DNA from: Lytechinus pictus
Lineage: Eukaryota
Direction: 5' to 3'
Length of the DNA stretch: 64,000 nucleotides
Assembly: GCF_037042905.1 (NCBI RefSeq)
Contig: NC_087250.1
Location: 8,372,001-8,436,000, forward strand
Made by a program: the position numbers and the translations under genes
The notes under the pieces: generated by a model
Told to the model about the DNA's origin: nothing
Seen by the model: only the letters and a program-made list of their open reading frames with translations
The model's database searches: none
Shown: one piece after another, positions 40,185 through 53,044 of the stretch
Layout of the letters: the number at the start of each line of letters is the position of its first letter
Position numbering within the stretch: the first letter of the stretch is position 1

Positions 40185-41631
40185 CTGTGTATGAAAAAAT
40201 AAAAATTGCTTTTTCAACGTTGGTATGAAACACCAATATTGACCAAAAAAATGAATATTATTCAAACAAGTTTCCTATGAAAAGATAATAATCTGATTAT
40301 TGATAATGATAAGATATACATTGAACGTATATAATCGCTTACAGATTTATTTATTGTTACCCCTGTAAATAGAATCAATCATTCATTCCTGCACACAATG
40401 CATGCACATTCCCCACTCCCTATGGAGTTTTCCAGCATATAATTAAAATAGAATGCCCAATAATAGTTACATTTATATTACGCTTCATACATTACATTTC
40501 TCAGCAATAATAACCCCGGTCATCAGGTCCTGGCATGCCCACACACAATTTACAGTATGCACTTTCTCCGCTCCGTTCCAAAAAGAGTTCCTAGTCTCAA
40601 TATTTAGGAATACTAAATAGACTTTCACACCCTACCGGGTAGGCCTACCCATATAAGACCTGGGCCCCATTGCATAAAAGTTACATGGTAAGTTTACCAT
40701 CCAATGGTAAACTACCATGGTAACAATGATCAACTGCCAATCAAAATCAAGGATTCCATGAAAGATGCCATTTCGTGGCAAAGTTTCTATAATGGTAAGT
40801 TTTATGCGACGGGGCCCTGGATGGAGTGGCACGGTACGATAGACGCCTTGCCAAAGGACGCTAGGCTGAAGTGGGATTCACACACGTGACAAGTGGCCTA
40901 GCTTAAAAGAATTTAAGGCCTGGACTACCAATGCTGCATAAAAGAACACCTCAAGATTCCTCAAACAAAAGATATAAGACTCTAATTTGCTGACATTATG
41001 GCCCAAATTCACAAAGGTGGTTTTGAAAACCCATGGTTGAGTCCATGGTTTACCGGTATTCAGATTTCCTGTATAAATCACGCTTAATTTACCGCGTATC
41101 GGGCGCGTGCATAAAAAATGTCCTATGCTGATGCACGCTTTTGTCACAGTGCGCCAAATTGACGCCTGTTACCATGGTTTAGATACGCTACTTTATCCAT
41201 GAGTCCACTGTTTGAAGTAATTTATACAGGAAATGTGCATAAACCATGGACTCAACCGTGGGTTTTAAAAACCACCTTTGTGAATTCGGGCCTATAGCTC
41301 TCACTTTACATGTAGGTTGTTGTGAGCATGGAAAAGACATAATAGAACCAAACTTCAGTGACTCAATTGATGAAATTCTATTGGGCAATTTCAACATGTA
41401 CATCCGACGGTCTGACCCCATGTTTGAGGGACCTTCATGAAATTTTCTCTGAATTCTTGTTCTTTTGACAGTCTGTAAAGCTCCCCAAAAGGTTGATTAT
41501 TTTATAGAATTGCCTTATTGACAGCTTATTGTACCTATATATACCTTCTCTCACGACCCCCAAATTTTCAACATTTTTTTTCCCGAAATAATGAATGGAC
41601 AAAAGCTCCATTGACAAATTACTGCACCTAC

Positions 41632-41767
41632 CAACTTGTATCATCATCTCATAGTTTTCCTTGACATTCTGGATACAAATCCTTTCGTAATCGCTGATAT
41701 CTGCCCATTCATTGGCTGTGAAGTAAACCTGGACATCTGAATATTCATCTGTCATTGGCAGAGGCAT
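41632..41767 (-). CDS. Paralogue B first coding exon: ancestral KRAB (aKRAB) domain
   Basis: MPLPMTDEYSDVQVYFTANEWADISDYERICIQNVKENYEMMIQV|G, with GCCACCATG context, an acceptor before 41815 and a GTAGGT donor at 41631. Confidence 0.87.
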
Positions 41768-42443
41768 GGTGGCATCACTTTACTTGGAATCCGAAGTGAA
41801 GAAACCAAGATTTTCCTAGGATGGAGAAGGATAAATTAAGACGAGTACCAAGTCTCATGCTTTATTTAGGATTCTTGCTAATCCCCCCCCCCATTCCCTT
41901 CTCATGGCTGTATTAACGGTCTATCCCCAGATACACAATTTCAGAGACAGTCTCCAGTTTGGGAGACCAATATCTATTTCCTCTGTTCTCATTTGCTGCA
42001 AAAGGATTACCTTGGCAGCAAATAAATATGTGATAAGCAGATTCCTCATGAAAAATTACCCCTTTCCACCGTCTACTTTAAAAATTCACCGTCTACTTTC
42101 GCTTTGAAAAGGATTTTTGTTGTCACCCACACTAAACAAATGGGCTTCTGACCTCAGTGAGATTTGCGTGCTGTCACCAAGCGAAAGATAATGACATCAA
42201 GATGGCTACGTAAACACGGTGGCAAATTTTTCCCGTCTTTTCGTAACATTTTTCTCGTTTTTTGAATGAATTCTTGTTTAAAGATGAAATTGATATCGTA
42301 GAAATGTCGGAAATGAAGTTGTATCCCATGTACATGATTTTAGGGCTAGATCTTTACTATTGTACTATGAGTGCCCATGGCCGATCCACGCCGTATACCG
42401 GTACGTGCCGTACGCCACCAGCACCGCGCCATTCGAACTCGAC

Positions 42444-42880
42444 ATTGAAAGATCAAGACTACAGTAGAAGGCTTCGTTCCTTGAAGTACAGTACAGAATG
42501 CGAAGAGGGGATATGATAAAGACGTACAAGATCATGATCAATTCAATGGCATTGATGATTTGAACAAGGACATGTTCTTTACATCTGCATCAACTCAGAC
42601 GACACGTGGACATCCACATGCAAATTGTATGTGAAGTCTAGAACTAGAAGCAGACTAACCCAGAGAGCTCCGGACCGCTCGCGGGCTGGAGCTCTCTGGG
42701 CCTGGGTTAGAATCAGACTGGATGTTAGAAAAAATACTTTCAAGTTTCAGTGCCAGAGTTGTAAATGACTGGAACTCCTTGCCGCAGAGATAGTTACTGC
42801 ATCAACGTTGGACAGATTCAAGTCACAGTTAGACAAGTTTTGGTCTGCAGTGCAATATACTCACCCTACTAACTCTGGCA
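42444..42880 (+). mobile_element. CR1-type LINE ORF2 3' fragment
   Basis: Frameshifted LKDQDYSRRLRSLK..RRGDMIKTYKI..TRGH..RLDVRKN.F..RVVNDWNSLP..IVTASTLDRFKSQLDKFW. Confidence 0.8.
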
Positions 42881-43210
42881 CAGCACACATTATATAGTTA
42901 GATGGAGATAGCAACAGTGATAGACCTGGAAACACGACTGCATAAGTAGGGCGTCTGGAGAATTTTTTTTTCTTCTTATTTCTAGAAAATATCACATTTT
43001 CTTTGTGAATTTGAAGAGAAATGACCTTCAGACTGACAGAAATGTAACATCTTTAAAAAACAAATCCAATTATTGGTTGCAAAAAAGAAGAATGAAATTA
43101 GGTCAATTTTCAGCATTTCTCTGCCATAGACTGTGTAGTTAAGAATAAGAAATGGACACACACAAATCCAAATTTTTAGCTTCCGAGAGCTGCTATAAAT
43201 TCATTATTAA

Positions 43211-45359
43211 AGGAGAATGAACCCCTTGAAACCAGCTGAATCCATATCAAAGAGAAAAATCAAAGAAACATATTGTTGAAAGTTTGAGGAAGATTGAATG
43301 AATAATAAGAAAGTTATGAGCATTTGAATGTCAAGATCACTAAATGCCATGTAGATTGGCAATGCGACCAAGATCTGTGATGTCGCACACGTACAACTCC
43401 CTCATTACTGTAACGATCCTGCAACTAGGATCGTGACGTAAACAATCAGCCCTGCGCATGACTATTGTTTACTCATTATTCATAGCTGTTGCGAGAATTT
43501 ATTCAACCGTGAGTATTATGTCTTTCGGATATTATTAGAAATTACTTAAGATTTCATATTCCAAAATGATTAATGTATTAGGTTTTAATATGAGACCTCT
43601 ATTTTTAATGAAGAAATGTTAGGAGATAAGTTGTTTTGCAGAATTGGTGTAGATATAGATTGAATACCGGTAATTCATCACTGGCTGTGTTTATGTACGT
43701 ACATGGTAATTTGCATAAGAGCGCAGCCGCGGCGTATTTGCATAAGTGCGGATGAGCGTTTGGAGTGCACACGTCCGATCGCAGCGCTGGCAGGTTTTGA
43801 TAGATTTTTGACGAATTCATATCTTTTTAAGTACTGATATGAATGGTTCTGTATATATTTCATTGCAAAAAGATATATTCTTTTGGAAACGTATCGACTT
43901 ATTGAATGTTTTGTAGTAATGAACGAGAAATTGAGAATAAACCGGCTTCAATAAAACACAGTTCGAGTTCTCTGTACATTATACGCTGCGCGTAGACGTG
44001 TGTGTGCTATCCAAACTCGCTCGGCGCACCGTTTTCACCTACGTCCGCAACTTTTCCATATAAATAAGAGACGTTTAATCGCGGGGCTGGCACAACAACG
44101 GAAATCTGACTGCAGAAGACTTGCCACGGGGAAGACGTTGGAAAACTTGGAAAGGTAAAAAGACGCAGGAAACAAGCCTATAGCCAAGGCCTATAGACGC
44201 TGGAAACCTCGATATGAATTTAATTAAGTCCCTATATTAACCCATATGTATGAATATGAGAATTCCCCAATAGAGGTCCAAATTAATTAGAGTATAGATC
44301 TTGCTATGATATACATTTTCTTAATAATTATTTTGGGCGAGCGACCTGAAGTAAATAGTCCAGGAATCAATCTCTTCGTATATATCAACGCCGGAATTAA
44401 CAGACGTGGAAACGAATGTCGAGACTGGGAAGCTGGAAATAGAATTTTTCTCTTAACAAGCTAGACGCCGGTTAGATTTGGAAAATTCTTATACTTGGAG
44501 GCCCAAAATAAAAGTTTAATAATTATCCATTATATTTCTCTGATAACAAATACATCTTAGAGCTTATTTGTAAATATTAGACATTGTTTACCTGTAACAG
44601 TGGCGAGTCAAGTAAAGTACATGTATATATATTTATGCAATTTGAATAATAAAGTGCACCATTATTTTTCTTTTTGCCATTGAAACTAAAATCTGAGTCA
44701 CAAACCCCTGTGTCTTTCTTTGCTGTGTACCCCCGTAGTCATATATTTTGACGAAACGACCCTTGATTGCAAATAATCTATAGCGAGCCGCTCTAGCATT
44801 TTCTTCCACTCTTATAATAATTCTCTTGGAAACTGCATGCTCGGAAGATATTGAGATAGACAAGAATGGAAATAGAGGAAAGCTCAGGTGATCCACCAAA
44901 GACTGAACACCATCCTGACGTAGAGGTCGGAATGGAAGAAATAAGCGAGAGCGGCGGCCGCTACATTACTTTGGTACTTATTTCACTTATATTCTCACTT
45001 TTATAGAGTCTATCACAAGGTGAGGTGTTCTCTTTATTTTTAAGAGAGGACAAGTACAGAGGTTTCACATTATATCATTGATGAATCGTTTGTCATATGA
45101 TTAGAAATAGAATGAGCAAAAAGAGATGTTTTGGGGTATATTTTCAGTGTCCAAAAGGGGAGAGTTGTTCATCTGTGACATAGATCTCGGTCGCATTGCC
45201 AATGGGAGGATCTCCATAGCATTAGTGATCTCGACATTCAAATGCTCATAATTCTTCTATTGCTGGTCCTATTTTACTCAAACTTTTGTTGATCTTATTC
45301 TTTGATTTTTCTGCTTTCACAAAAGCTAACTTGCTCCAAGTCAAGAGTTTCATTCTCCT
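43211..45359. mobile_element. Kolobok-like element; an uninterrupted copy lies in reverse orientation at 55801-56384
   Basis: TTAA|aggagaatgaa ... ttcattctcct|TTAA. Empty site attattaatgcc at ~51690. Confidence 0.75.
43409..44965. mobile_element. Solo LTR (Gypsy-like, 1557 bp)
   Basis: TGTAACG...CGCTACA termini and a 4-bp TSD TTAC. Absent from the 55801-56384 copy of the host element. Confidence 0.75.
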
Positions 45360-47952
45360 TTAATGCCAGAAACTTGTCCATTAAGAGATAGGCAATAGGA
45401 TTTTTTATGCTCTTTCTGATGGTATGATTTTTATAAAGATTTTGGAAACCAGATCACAATGAAAAATTCAACTAAGTGAAAAAAATTGTTCAAAACAGAA
45501 ATGTCATTTTCCCATAGAAAACGCATGGGGAAATGGCAATCTCAATTATTAAGGGTTTGCAATTTATCTCTAAATCCTTATTTCAAATTATCTTGTCCTT
45601 ACTGTCAAAAGAAGCCCCTGAATTTTCTCTTTCCATACATGCCAAACACATGAAACACAAGTTAATAATCAATTCAGATCACATTTTTCTAGCAGCCTGG
45701 ATTTCCCGAAAAAATGTGCCATATTTTCCCCTAAATCAGCCCGTTCTATGCTGACATTTTTCAGTGTGGCTTCAGACACCCTAGCCTAGCCCTAGCATAA
45801 TAAGTAATTCTAATAATTGCATTTTTCCAGTAGATCCGGTACCGGTATTACTTTAGCCTACTATTAATGGCATAATCGTGATATAGTCCCCAAATCCAAA
45901 AATGGGGATTATTAGAATCACACCTACAAGAACGCATGAAAATCACTTCCTTTCTCCAGAACACAGTCCCCAACTCTCGCACAGCTCGCACTCGAGAACT
46001 TGCGAAATGATAACACACACAAATGAAACACACTTACACTTGGATTCTCTCCCTATATATACTCGTGATACAGTCCCCACTCTACGGGAAATCAAGTTCA
46101 CTTTGCACGCAGTGGGGATAGCTCCAACAGTATATTATACTCGTGATACAGTCCCCTCACAACATAAAATCGTGCTCGTTCGACAAGGGGATGGGGACAG
46201 TTTCCCAGTGCAACGTGACAAGGAAGACTCATTCAAAACCTTCGGGAATTATTGTCATCATATTATATTATCATTATTATCATTATATTATTATTGTTAT
46301 TAAATCATAATTATCATTATTGTTATTATCATTATTATTATTGTTATTTAATCATAATTATTATTATTATTGCTATTATCATTATTATTATTGTCAATAT
46401 TATTATTATCATTATTAATATTATTATTACTATCAACATCATATATCATTATTATTTTTTATTATTGTTGTTGTTATTATTATTATAATAATGATGATAA
46501 TATTATAAATTATTATATTATTATTATTATTCTTTTATCATTGAAAATGTGCCCCTTCCATCCATTCTGTTCCTTGTATTTCATTTAATTCCTTCAAATG
46601 AAATCACTGTAGACTCATAATAACGTTTGGGTATTAATTATTATCATAATTATTATCATCATTGGCATCATTATCATTATTGTTGTTGTTATTATTGAAA
46701 GAGTCACCCCAAAACATTAAAGTAATCAATACAAATATGTGACGGAAATGAAAAGTAAAGTAATGATAACAACAATAGTATAATGATGGGGATGATGATA
46801 ATAAAGATTAATAACAATAATGATGTTGATAATAATTATGATAAAGGTTAATATAATAATAATAATAGAGAATAATAACAATAATAATAATTATTATAAA
46901 ATAATAAATAAAAGATAAATAATGTTAACAAAAAATAAGGATAACAATATTAGGTAAATAATAAATAAATACCATAAAAAATAATGGCAATAATGATGAT
47001 AATAATTACGATAATACCCAAAAGTTATGAATGAGTCTACAGTGATTTCATTTGAAGGAATTAAATGAAATACAAGGAATGGACTGGATGGAAGGGGCGC
47101 ATTTCCAATGATAAAGAATAATAATGATAATAATGATATAATAATTTATTATACTATTATCACTATTATGATGATAATAACAACAATAAAGAATAATATT
47201 TATTATGATGATAGTAATAATAATATAATAAAAATAACAATGATAATAACAACAGCAATACTAATATAATAAGGGATATTAACAATATTAATAACAATAT
47301 AATAAAGAATAATAACCATAATAACAACAACAATAAAGAATAATGATTAATGATGATGAGATAATAACAATATAATACAGAATAATAACCATAATAACAA
47401 CAACAATAATAAAGAATAATAATGATATATGATGATATTTATAAAAATAATTATATTGATAATGATAAAAAAATATTGATAATAAAAATAATAATAAAAA
47501 CAATAATAATAATATAATAAAGGATAATAACAATAATAATAACAACAATGATAAAGAATAATAATGATGTATGATGATGATAGTAATAATAAAATAAATA
47601 ATAACAATAATGATAATTATGATTAAATAACAATAATAATGATAATAACAATGATAATTATGATTGAATAACAATAATAATAATTATGATAAAATAATAA
47701 TGATAAAATGATAATAATGATAATATAATATGATGATGACAATAATAATAATAATTCCCGAAGGTTTTGAATGAGTCTTCCTTGTCACGTTGCACTGGGA
47801 AACTGTCCCCATCCCCTTGTCGAACGAGCACGATTTTATGTTGTGAGGGGACGGTATCACGAGTATAATATACTGTTGGAGCTATCCCCAATGCGTGCAA
47901 AGTAAACTTGATTTCCCGTAGAGTGGGGACTGTATCTCGAGTATAGCTATAC

Positions 47953-50900
47953 CAGGGAAGTGTTATAGAAGGAAATGAAACTCGAAAAGTAAGATTTTAT
48001 TGCCCCCTTTAGGCAAATCCGAAGTGAAATTGAGAGGGGACACCCTGCTGATAACTGCTGATAAGTCTCTCACCAGCCCCCAAAATACCCCTGCAGGCCG
48101 CAATGATTACGCAACCAAGGCTTACTTTTATCGCTTTCCCTGCCTCGCTCCTAATCTCTGCTCTCCTAGCCAAACGACTTCGTCTTTTGATCTCACTACC
48201 TCGGAGCCGATAACATGACGTCATTTACATGATTTCTCAATAGCTGAGTTCAGAGTGAAAAGTTATATGTACACGTTTTGGCTGCGCACTACTCTGTTGA
48301 TTGCTGGAGACATGCGTAGTTATCACATTCGCACCCAGTGTATTCTAACGATTCAGCCGATATCTCATTCATCAAATTCACCCTTCGTAAACCGGAGTAA
48401 CAAGGTTTGTTATCTATTTGTTTACATTTTTGTATATGATATGATATATAGATTTCATTGTATGACCCGCTAATCTTGGCTATTCTTCTGTTATATGTAA
48501 GTGAAGAGGAATAAAATATCTTTATGATGGTAGTTGTCTCATTGGCGTGTTCTCGCGTGCCTAAAAGTTATGGTACTTCAAAGTTGGTTGATTTTCACCG
48601 AAATCTCCAGTTTGGCCGTTGATCGACTCGATTCGAGCGCCACGCGTGCATGGAAAGCGACTTTCGTGCAGCTGAATAATGGTATAAGATTGCATGGAAA
48701 TGACCATGATTTATTTATTTCAGTTTATGTTCCCTTATTAAATCATTAAATGCTGTGTTTGGTGGGCTTTGGGAAGTTTCATTTTAAGTTCAGTTTCGAT
48801 GGGAACGATTTTGCGTGCGGCTCAGGCTACACAGCTACCGGGATAGCGTAGGCCCGGAGCGCAGGCTTACGAGGTGTATACAGTCCCCGAAGACGAAGTC
48901 TGGTTGCAATGACAATGCAGGAGACTAACTTGTTAAGTTTTAAAGATATTTGAATTCAATTATTTATCTTGAAACCAAGAATTGTGTTTCGAAGAATATC
49001 GTCAATGTCACTGTGTTTACAATCGGCGTCCATCTTAGCAGATAAGCCTATCCCATATTGCACTGTGTGAGTCCTGTACTTCCGCACTGTCGCGACCGTG
49101 AGCGCGCGGACTTTACGACCGACCGCAGGGGATCATTTTACGAGCTTGCCTGATAGAGTGGGATTAAGCCAATTATGGAGAATAACAACGGCTCCGCGCA
49201 TGCTACAAAGCAGGGCTCCACACTAACCCTTTTTTTCTACTGGTCCAACCTATTCATGTCGGACCAGTAGATACCCAGTTTTTCAATTTTTTACTGGTCC
49301 GAACCTAAAATCTACTGGTCCCCAAAAATAAAGAAAACATTAAAAAAATGTGTGAGTTTATTTTGCTGTCCTTTCTTGTTACCCCCCCCCCCCCCAAAAA
49401 AAATGAAGGAATGAAAGACAGAAGAAAGAAAGAATAAAAGAAAGGAAGGAGGAAAAAAGCAAAGGTAAAGAAAGGATAGATGTGAAGAAAAAAAAGAAAG
49501 AACTAAAGAAAGAAAGAAGGAAAGAAAGAAAGAACAAAATAAGAAAGATAGAACAAAAGAAAAAAGGAAGGAAAGAAAGAAACAGAAAGAAAGAAAGAAA
49601 AAAAGAAGGAAAGAAATGAAGCAAGCAATAAAGTAAGAAAAAACAAAAGACAGAAAGTAATGAAAAAAAGGAAAGAAAGATGCAATAAAACATGAAAGAA
49701 AGGGTAAAAGGAGAGATGGAAAGAAGGAAAAAAGAAAGAAAGAAAGAATAAAAGAAACAAAGGAAGAAAAAGGTAAAGAAAAATGTGAAGGAAGGAAAAA
49801 AAAGCTAAACAAGGAAAGGAAGGAAAGAAAGAACAAAAGAAAAAAAAGGAATGAAGGAGAGAAATGAAGCAAGCAATATAGAAAGAAAGAACAAAAGACA
49901 AAGTAATGAAAGAAAGAAGGAAAGAAGCAATAAAAAAGAAAGGGTAAAAGGAGAGATGGAAAGAAGGAAAACAGAAAGAAAGAATTGAAAGAAGAAATCA
50001 AGAAAAGGGAAAATGATAGAAGGAAAAAAAGAATGAAGGAAAGAAATAAAGAAGGAAGGAAGCAAGCAAGCAATATAAAAAAGAAAGAAAATGTAAAAGA
50101 ATAGATGAAAGGAAGAACAAAAAGAAAGACCGAACTTCAAAGAAAGAAAGAACGAAAGAAGAAAGGAAAGGAAGCAAGCAGTAAAAAAAAATGAAAGAAA
50201 AGGTAAAAGGATAGATGGAACAAAGGGGAAAAGGAAAGAACAAAAGACAGAAAGAAGAGAGGAAGGAATGAAAGAGAGAAAGGGCTGAAAGAAGGAAGAA
50301 ATAAAAACAAGAAAGGATGGATGGAATGAAGAAAGAAACACAGAAAGTAACAAAGAATGAAGGAAAGAAAGGGAAAAAGAAGGAAAGGAAGAAAGAAAGA
50401 AGAGATAAATATAGGATGGATGGGACTCAAGAATTAAAGAAAGAAGGAAATCAAAAAAGAAAGAGCATTAGAAATAGAGAAAATATTAAAAGGACAGAAA
50501 GAATGAAAGAACGAAAGACAAAGAAAAGGGAAAATTAAAAAAGAAAGACAGTAACAAAAAATTAAAGAAGAGAGGGAAGAAACAAAGAAAGATTGAAAAG
50601 AAAGATTGAAAGAAAACAGAGGTTAGCCAAGCTTCGTTCGTGCAGCCAGTAGAAAATTTACCATGTGGGCTGTGTGGCTGGCTAGCTAGCCGTATGTACA
50701 CTGTATGTTACCCTATTAAAAATTGCATGCGATTCATTCTGTGTGTGTTCTGTGTGTAAATGCCAGAATTTGACGGGAGGAAATGGTTTGCAATTTGAGT
50801 CATGGAATATTTTTTATGTTTATGTTGGACTAGCAAATTTGACAATTTCTGGAAAAGTTACTGGCCCAACAATAGTTTTTATTACTGTTTATGTCGGAAC

Positions 50901-51103
50901 CATAAGTCTTGCTATTTTTGGAAAAATTACTGGCCCGACAATGATATTTTTTACTGGTCATGTCGGACCAGTAAATCTTGCTATTTCTGAAAATCTACCG
51001 GCCCGACATCGATTTTTACCGGTCTGGGACCGTCGGACCGGCGCTAGTGTCGAGCCACAAAGGGAACTTTTCGAGTTTCATTTCCTTCTATAACACTTCC
51101 CTG
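47953..51103. mobile_element. Non-autonomous DNA transposon with a 38-bp perfect TIR and a 7-bp TSD (P/Galileo-like)
   Basis: GCTATAC|cagggaagtgttatagaaggaaatgaaactcgaaaagt ... acttttcgagtttcatttccttctataacacttccctg|GCTATAC. It contains a hAT-like insert (~49211-51056) with a purine-rich tract. Confidence 0.7.
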
Positions 51104-52280
51104 GCTATACTGTTGGAACTGTCCCCACTGCGTGCAAAGTGATCTGTGTATCCCATAGCGCGGGGACTGCATCACGAGTATACTATACTGTTGAAACTGT
51201 CCCCACCGCCGTGAAAATCAAACTTGATTTCCCGTAGAGTGGGGACTGTATCACGAGTATATAATAGGGAGAGAACCCAAGTGTAAGTGTGTTTCATTTG
51301 TGTGTGTTATCATTTCGCAAGCTAAAGAGCTGTGCGAGAGTTGGGGACTGTGTTCTGGAGAAAGGAGGTGATTTTCATGCGTTCTGGTAGGTGTGATTCT
51401 GATAATCCCCATTTTTGGATTTGGGGACTGAAAAAAATTATTTTTCTTATTTCAAAAAAATATCACAATTTCTTTGTGAATTTGAAGAGAAATGACCTTC
51501 AGACGACAGAAATGTAACATTTTTGAAAAAAATCCAATTATTGGCTGCAAAAAAGAAGAATGAAATTAGGTAAATTTTCAGCATTTCTCTGCCATAGACT
51601 GTGTAGTTGGTACTAAAAAAGTTAGTAGTTAAGAAATGGACACACACAAATCCAAATTTTTAGCTTCCGAGAGCTGTTATAAATTTATTATTAATGCCAA
51701 AAACTTGTCCATAAAGAGTCCAATGGGATTTTTTATGCTCTATCTGATGGTATGATTTTTATAAAGATTTGGAAACCAGATCACAATGAAAAATTGTGAC
51801 AAAGTGAAAAAAATTGTGCAAAACAGAAATTTCATTTTCCCATAGAAAACGCATGGAGAAATGGCAATCTCAACACACACAAAAATAAGGGTTTGCAATT
51901 TATCTCTAAATCCTTATTTAAAATGATCATATAAACTTGTCCTTACTGTCAAAAGAAGCCCCTGAATTTTCTCTTTCCATACATGCCAAACACAAGTTAA
52001 TAACAGGGGCCGCGGAACCGGGGGGGGGGGGGGGGCTGGGGGGGCTTCAGCCCCCCACTTTTTTTCCAAAACCGTGTACAAAAATGTAAAAATTACCATA
52101 TGATTGTGATTTTTCGCATGGTCAGCCCCCCCCCCACTTTGAAAACCGTTCCGCGGCCCCTGAATAATCAATTCAGATCACATTTTTCTAGTAGCCTGAA
52201 CTTCCCCGAAAAAATGTGCCATATTTTCCCCTAAATTAGCCTGTTTATGCTGACACTTTTCAGTGTGGCTTCAGACACCC

Positions 52281-52808
52281 TAACCCAGAGAGCTCCCGTC
52301 CGCGCAGCGGGCGGGAGCCCAGAAGCTCACAGTGTATTCTACCATTGCCACCGGACATGGGTGATTTATGGTCTAAATATTTCTCCAAATGAATTGTGAA
52401 AACAAAAAGTGTACAATTACCACGATTATATGGATGAAGGTCTAGCGAGTGGCAGATTCCTGACATCTGAGCACAGTCTGGAACCTCAAAAAAACGAAAA
52501 GTTCTCTGCTTCTACCCCGTCTCGATCGGCCATTTTTGTTAAAAATCGTAACAAAACGGCCGATCGAGACTGGGTAGAAGGAGAGAACTTTTGGTTTTTT
52601 TGAGGTTCCAGACTGTGCTCAGATGTCAGGAATCTGCCACTCGCTAGACCTTCATCCATATAATCGTGGTAATTGTACACTTTTTGTTTTCACAATTCAT
52701 TTGGAGAAATATTTAGACCATAAATCACCCTTGTTCGGTGGCAATGGTAGAATACACTGTGAGCTTCTGGGCTCCCGCCCGCGCAGCGGGCGGGAGCTCT
52801 CTGGGTTA
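52281..52808. mobile_element. 528-bp near-perfect palindromic MULE-like MITE
   Basis: taacccagagagctccc...gggagctctctgggtta with a 9-bp TSD CAGACACCC. Empty site at ~45773. Confidence 0.8.
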
Positions 52809-53044
52809 CAGACACCCTAACTATCACGATTATATGCCCTATTATTACTTACTAATAGTAGGCTATTATTATTATTAATAATAATAGCCTACTATTAGTA
52901 AGTAATAATAGGGCATATAATCGTGATAGTTAGGGTGTCTGTAACCCAGAGAGCTCCCGCCCGCGCAGCGGGCGGGAGCCCAGAAGCTCACAGTGTATTC
53001 TACCATTGCCACCGAACAATGTAATTATTAATTACATTAACTCA

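Larger units (their letters stand above)
42948..45783. mobile_element. Non-autonomous DNA transposon with TAGGG(C/T)GTCTG termini; a second, left-truncated copy lies at ~51430-52819
   Basis: tagggcgtctg ... cagacacccta termini. The body is colinear with 51430-52280 once nested inserts are removed. Confidence 0.6.
45850..52865. mobile_element. Large foldback element with AT-rich (TTA/TAA)n inner arms, interrupted by nested insertions
   Basis: 45885-46250 is inverted at 47755-47945 and 51104-51429. 46535-46640 is inverted at ~47010-47113. The outermost agcctactatta..cataatcgtgata is inverted at ~52822-52864. Confidence 0.7.

Noticed and set aside
23088..41767. Calling the gene a full PRDM9/Meisetz
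   Set aside because: I saw no PR/SET motifs or SSXRD-like exon, and exon phases join without them, so no gene symbol is assigned.
46252..47674. Ile/Tyr/Leu-rich ORFs
   Set aside because: They are translations of degenerate (TTA/TAA)n microsatellite in the foldback arms.
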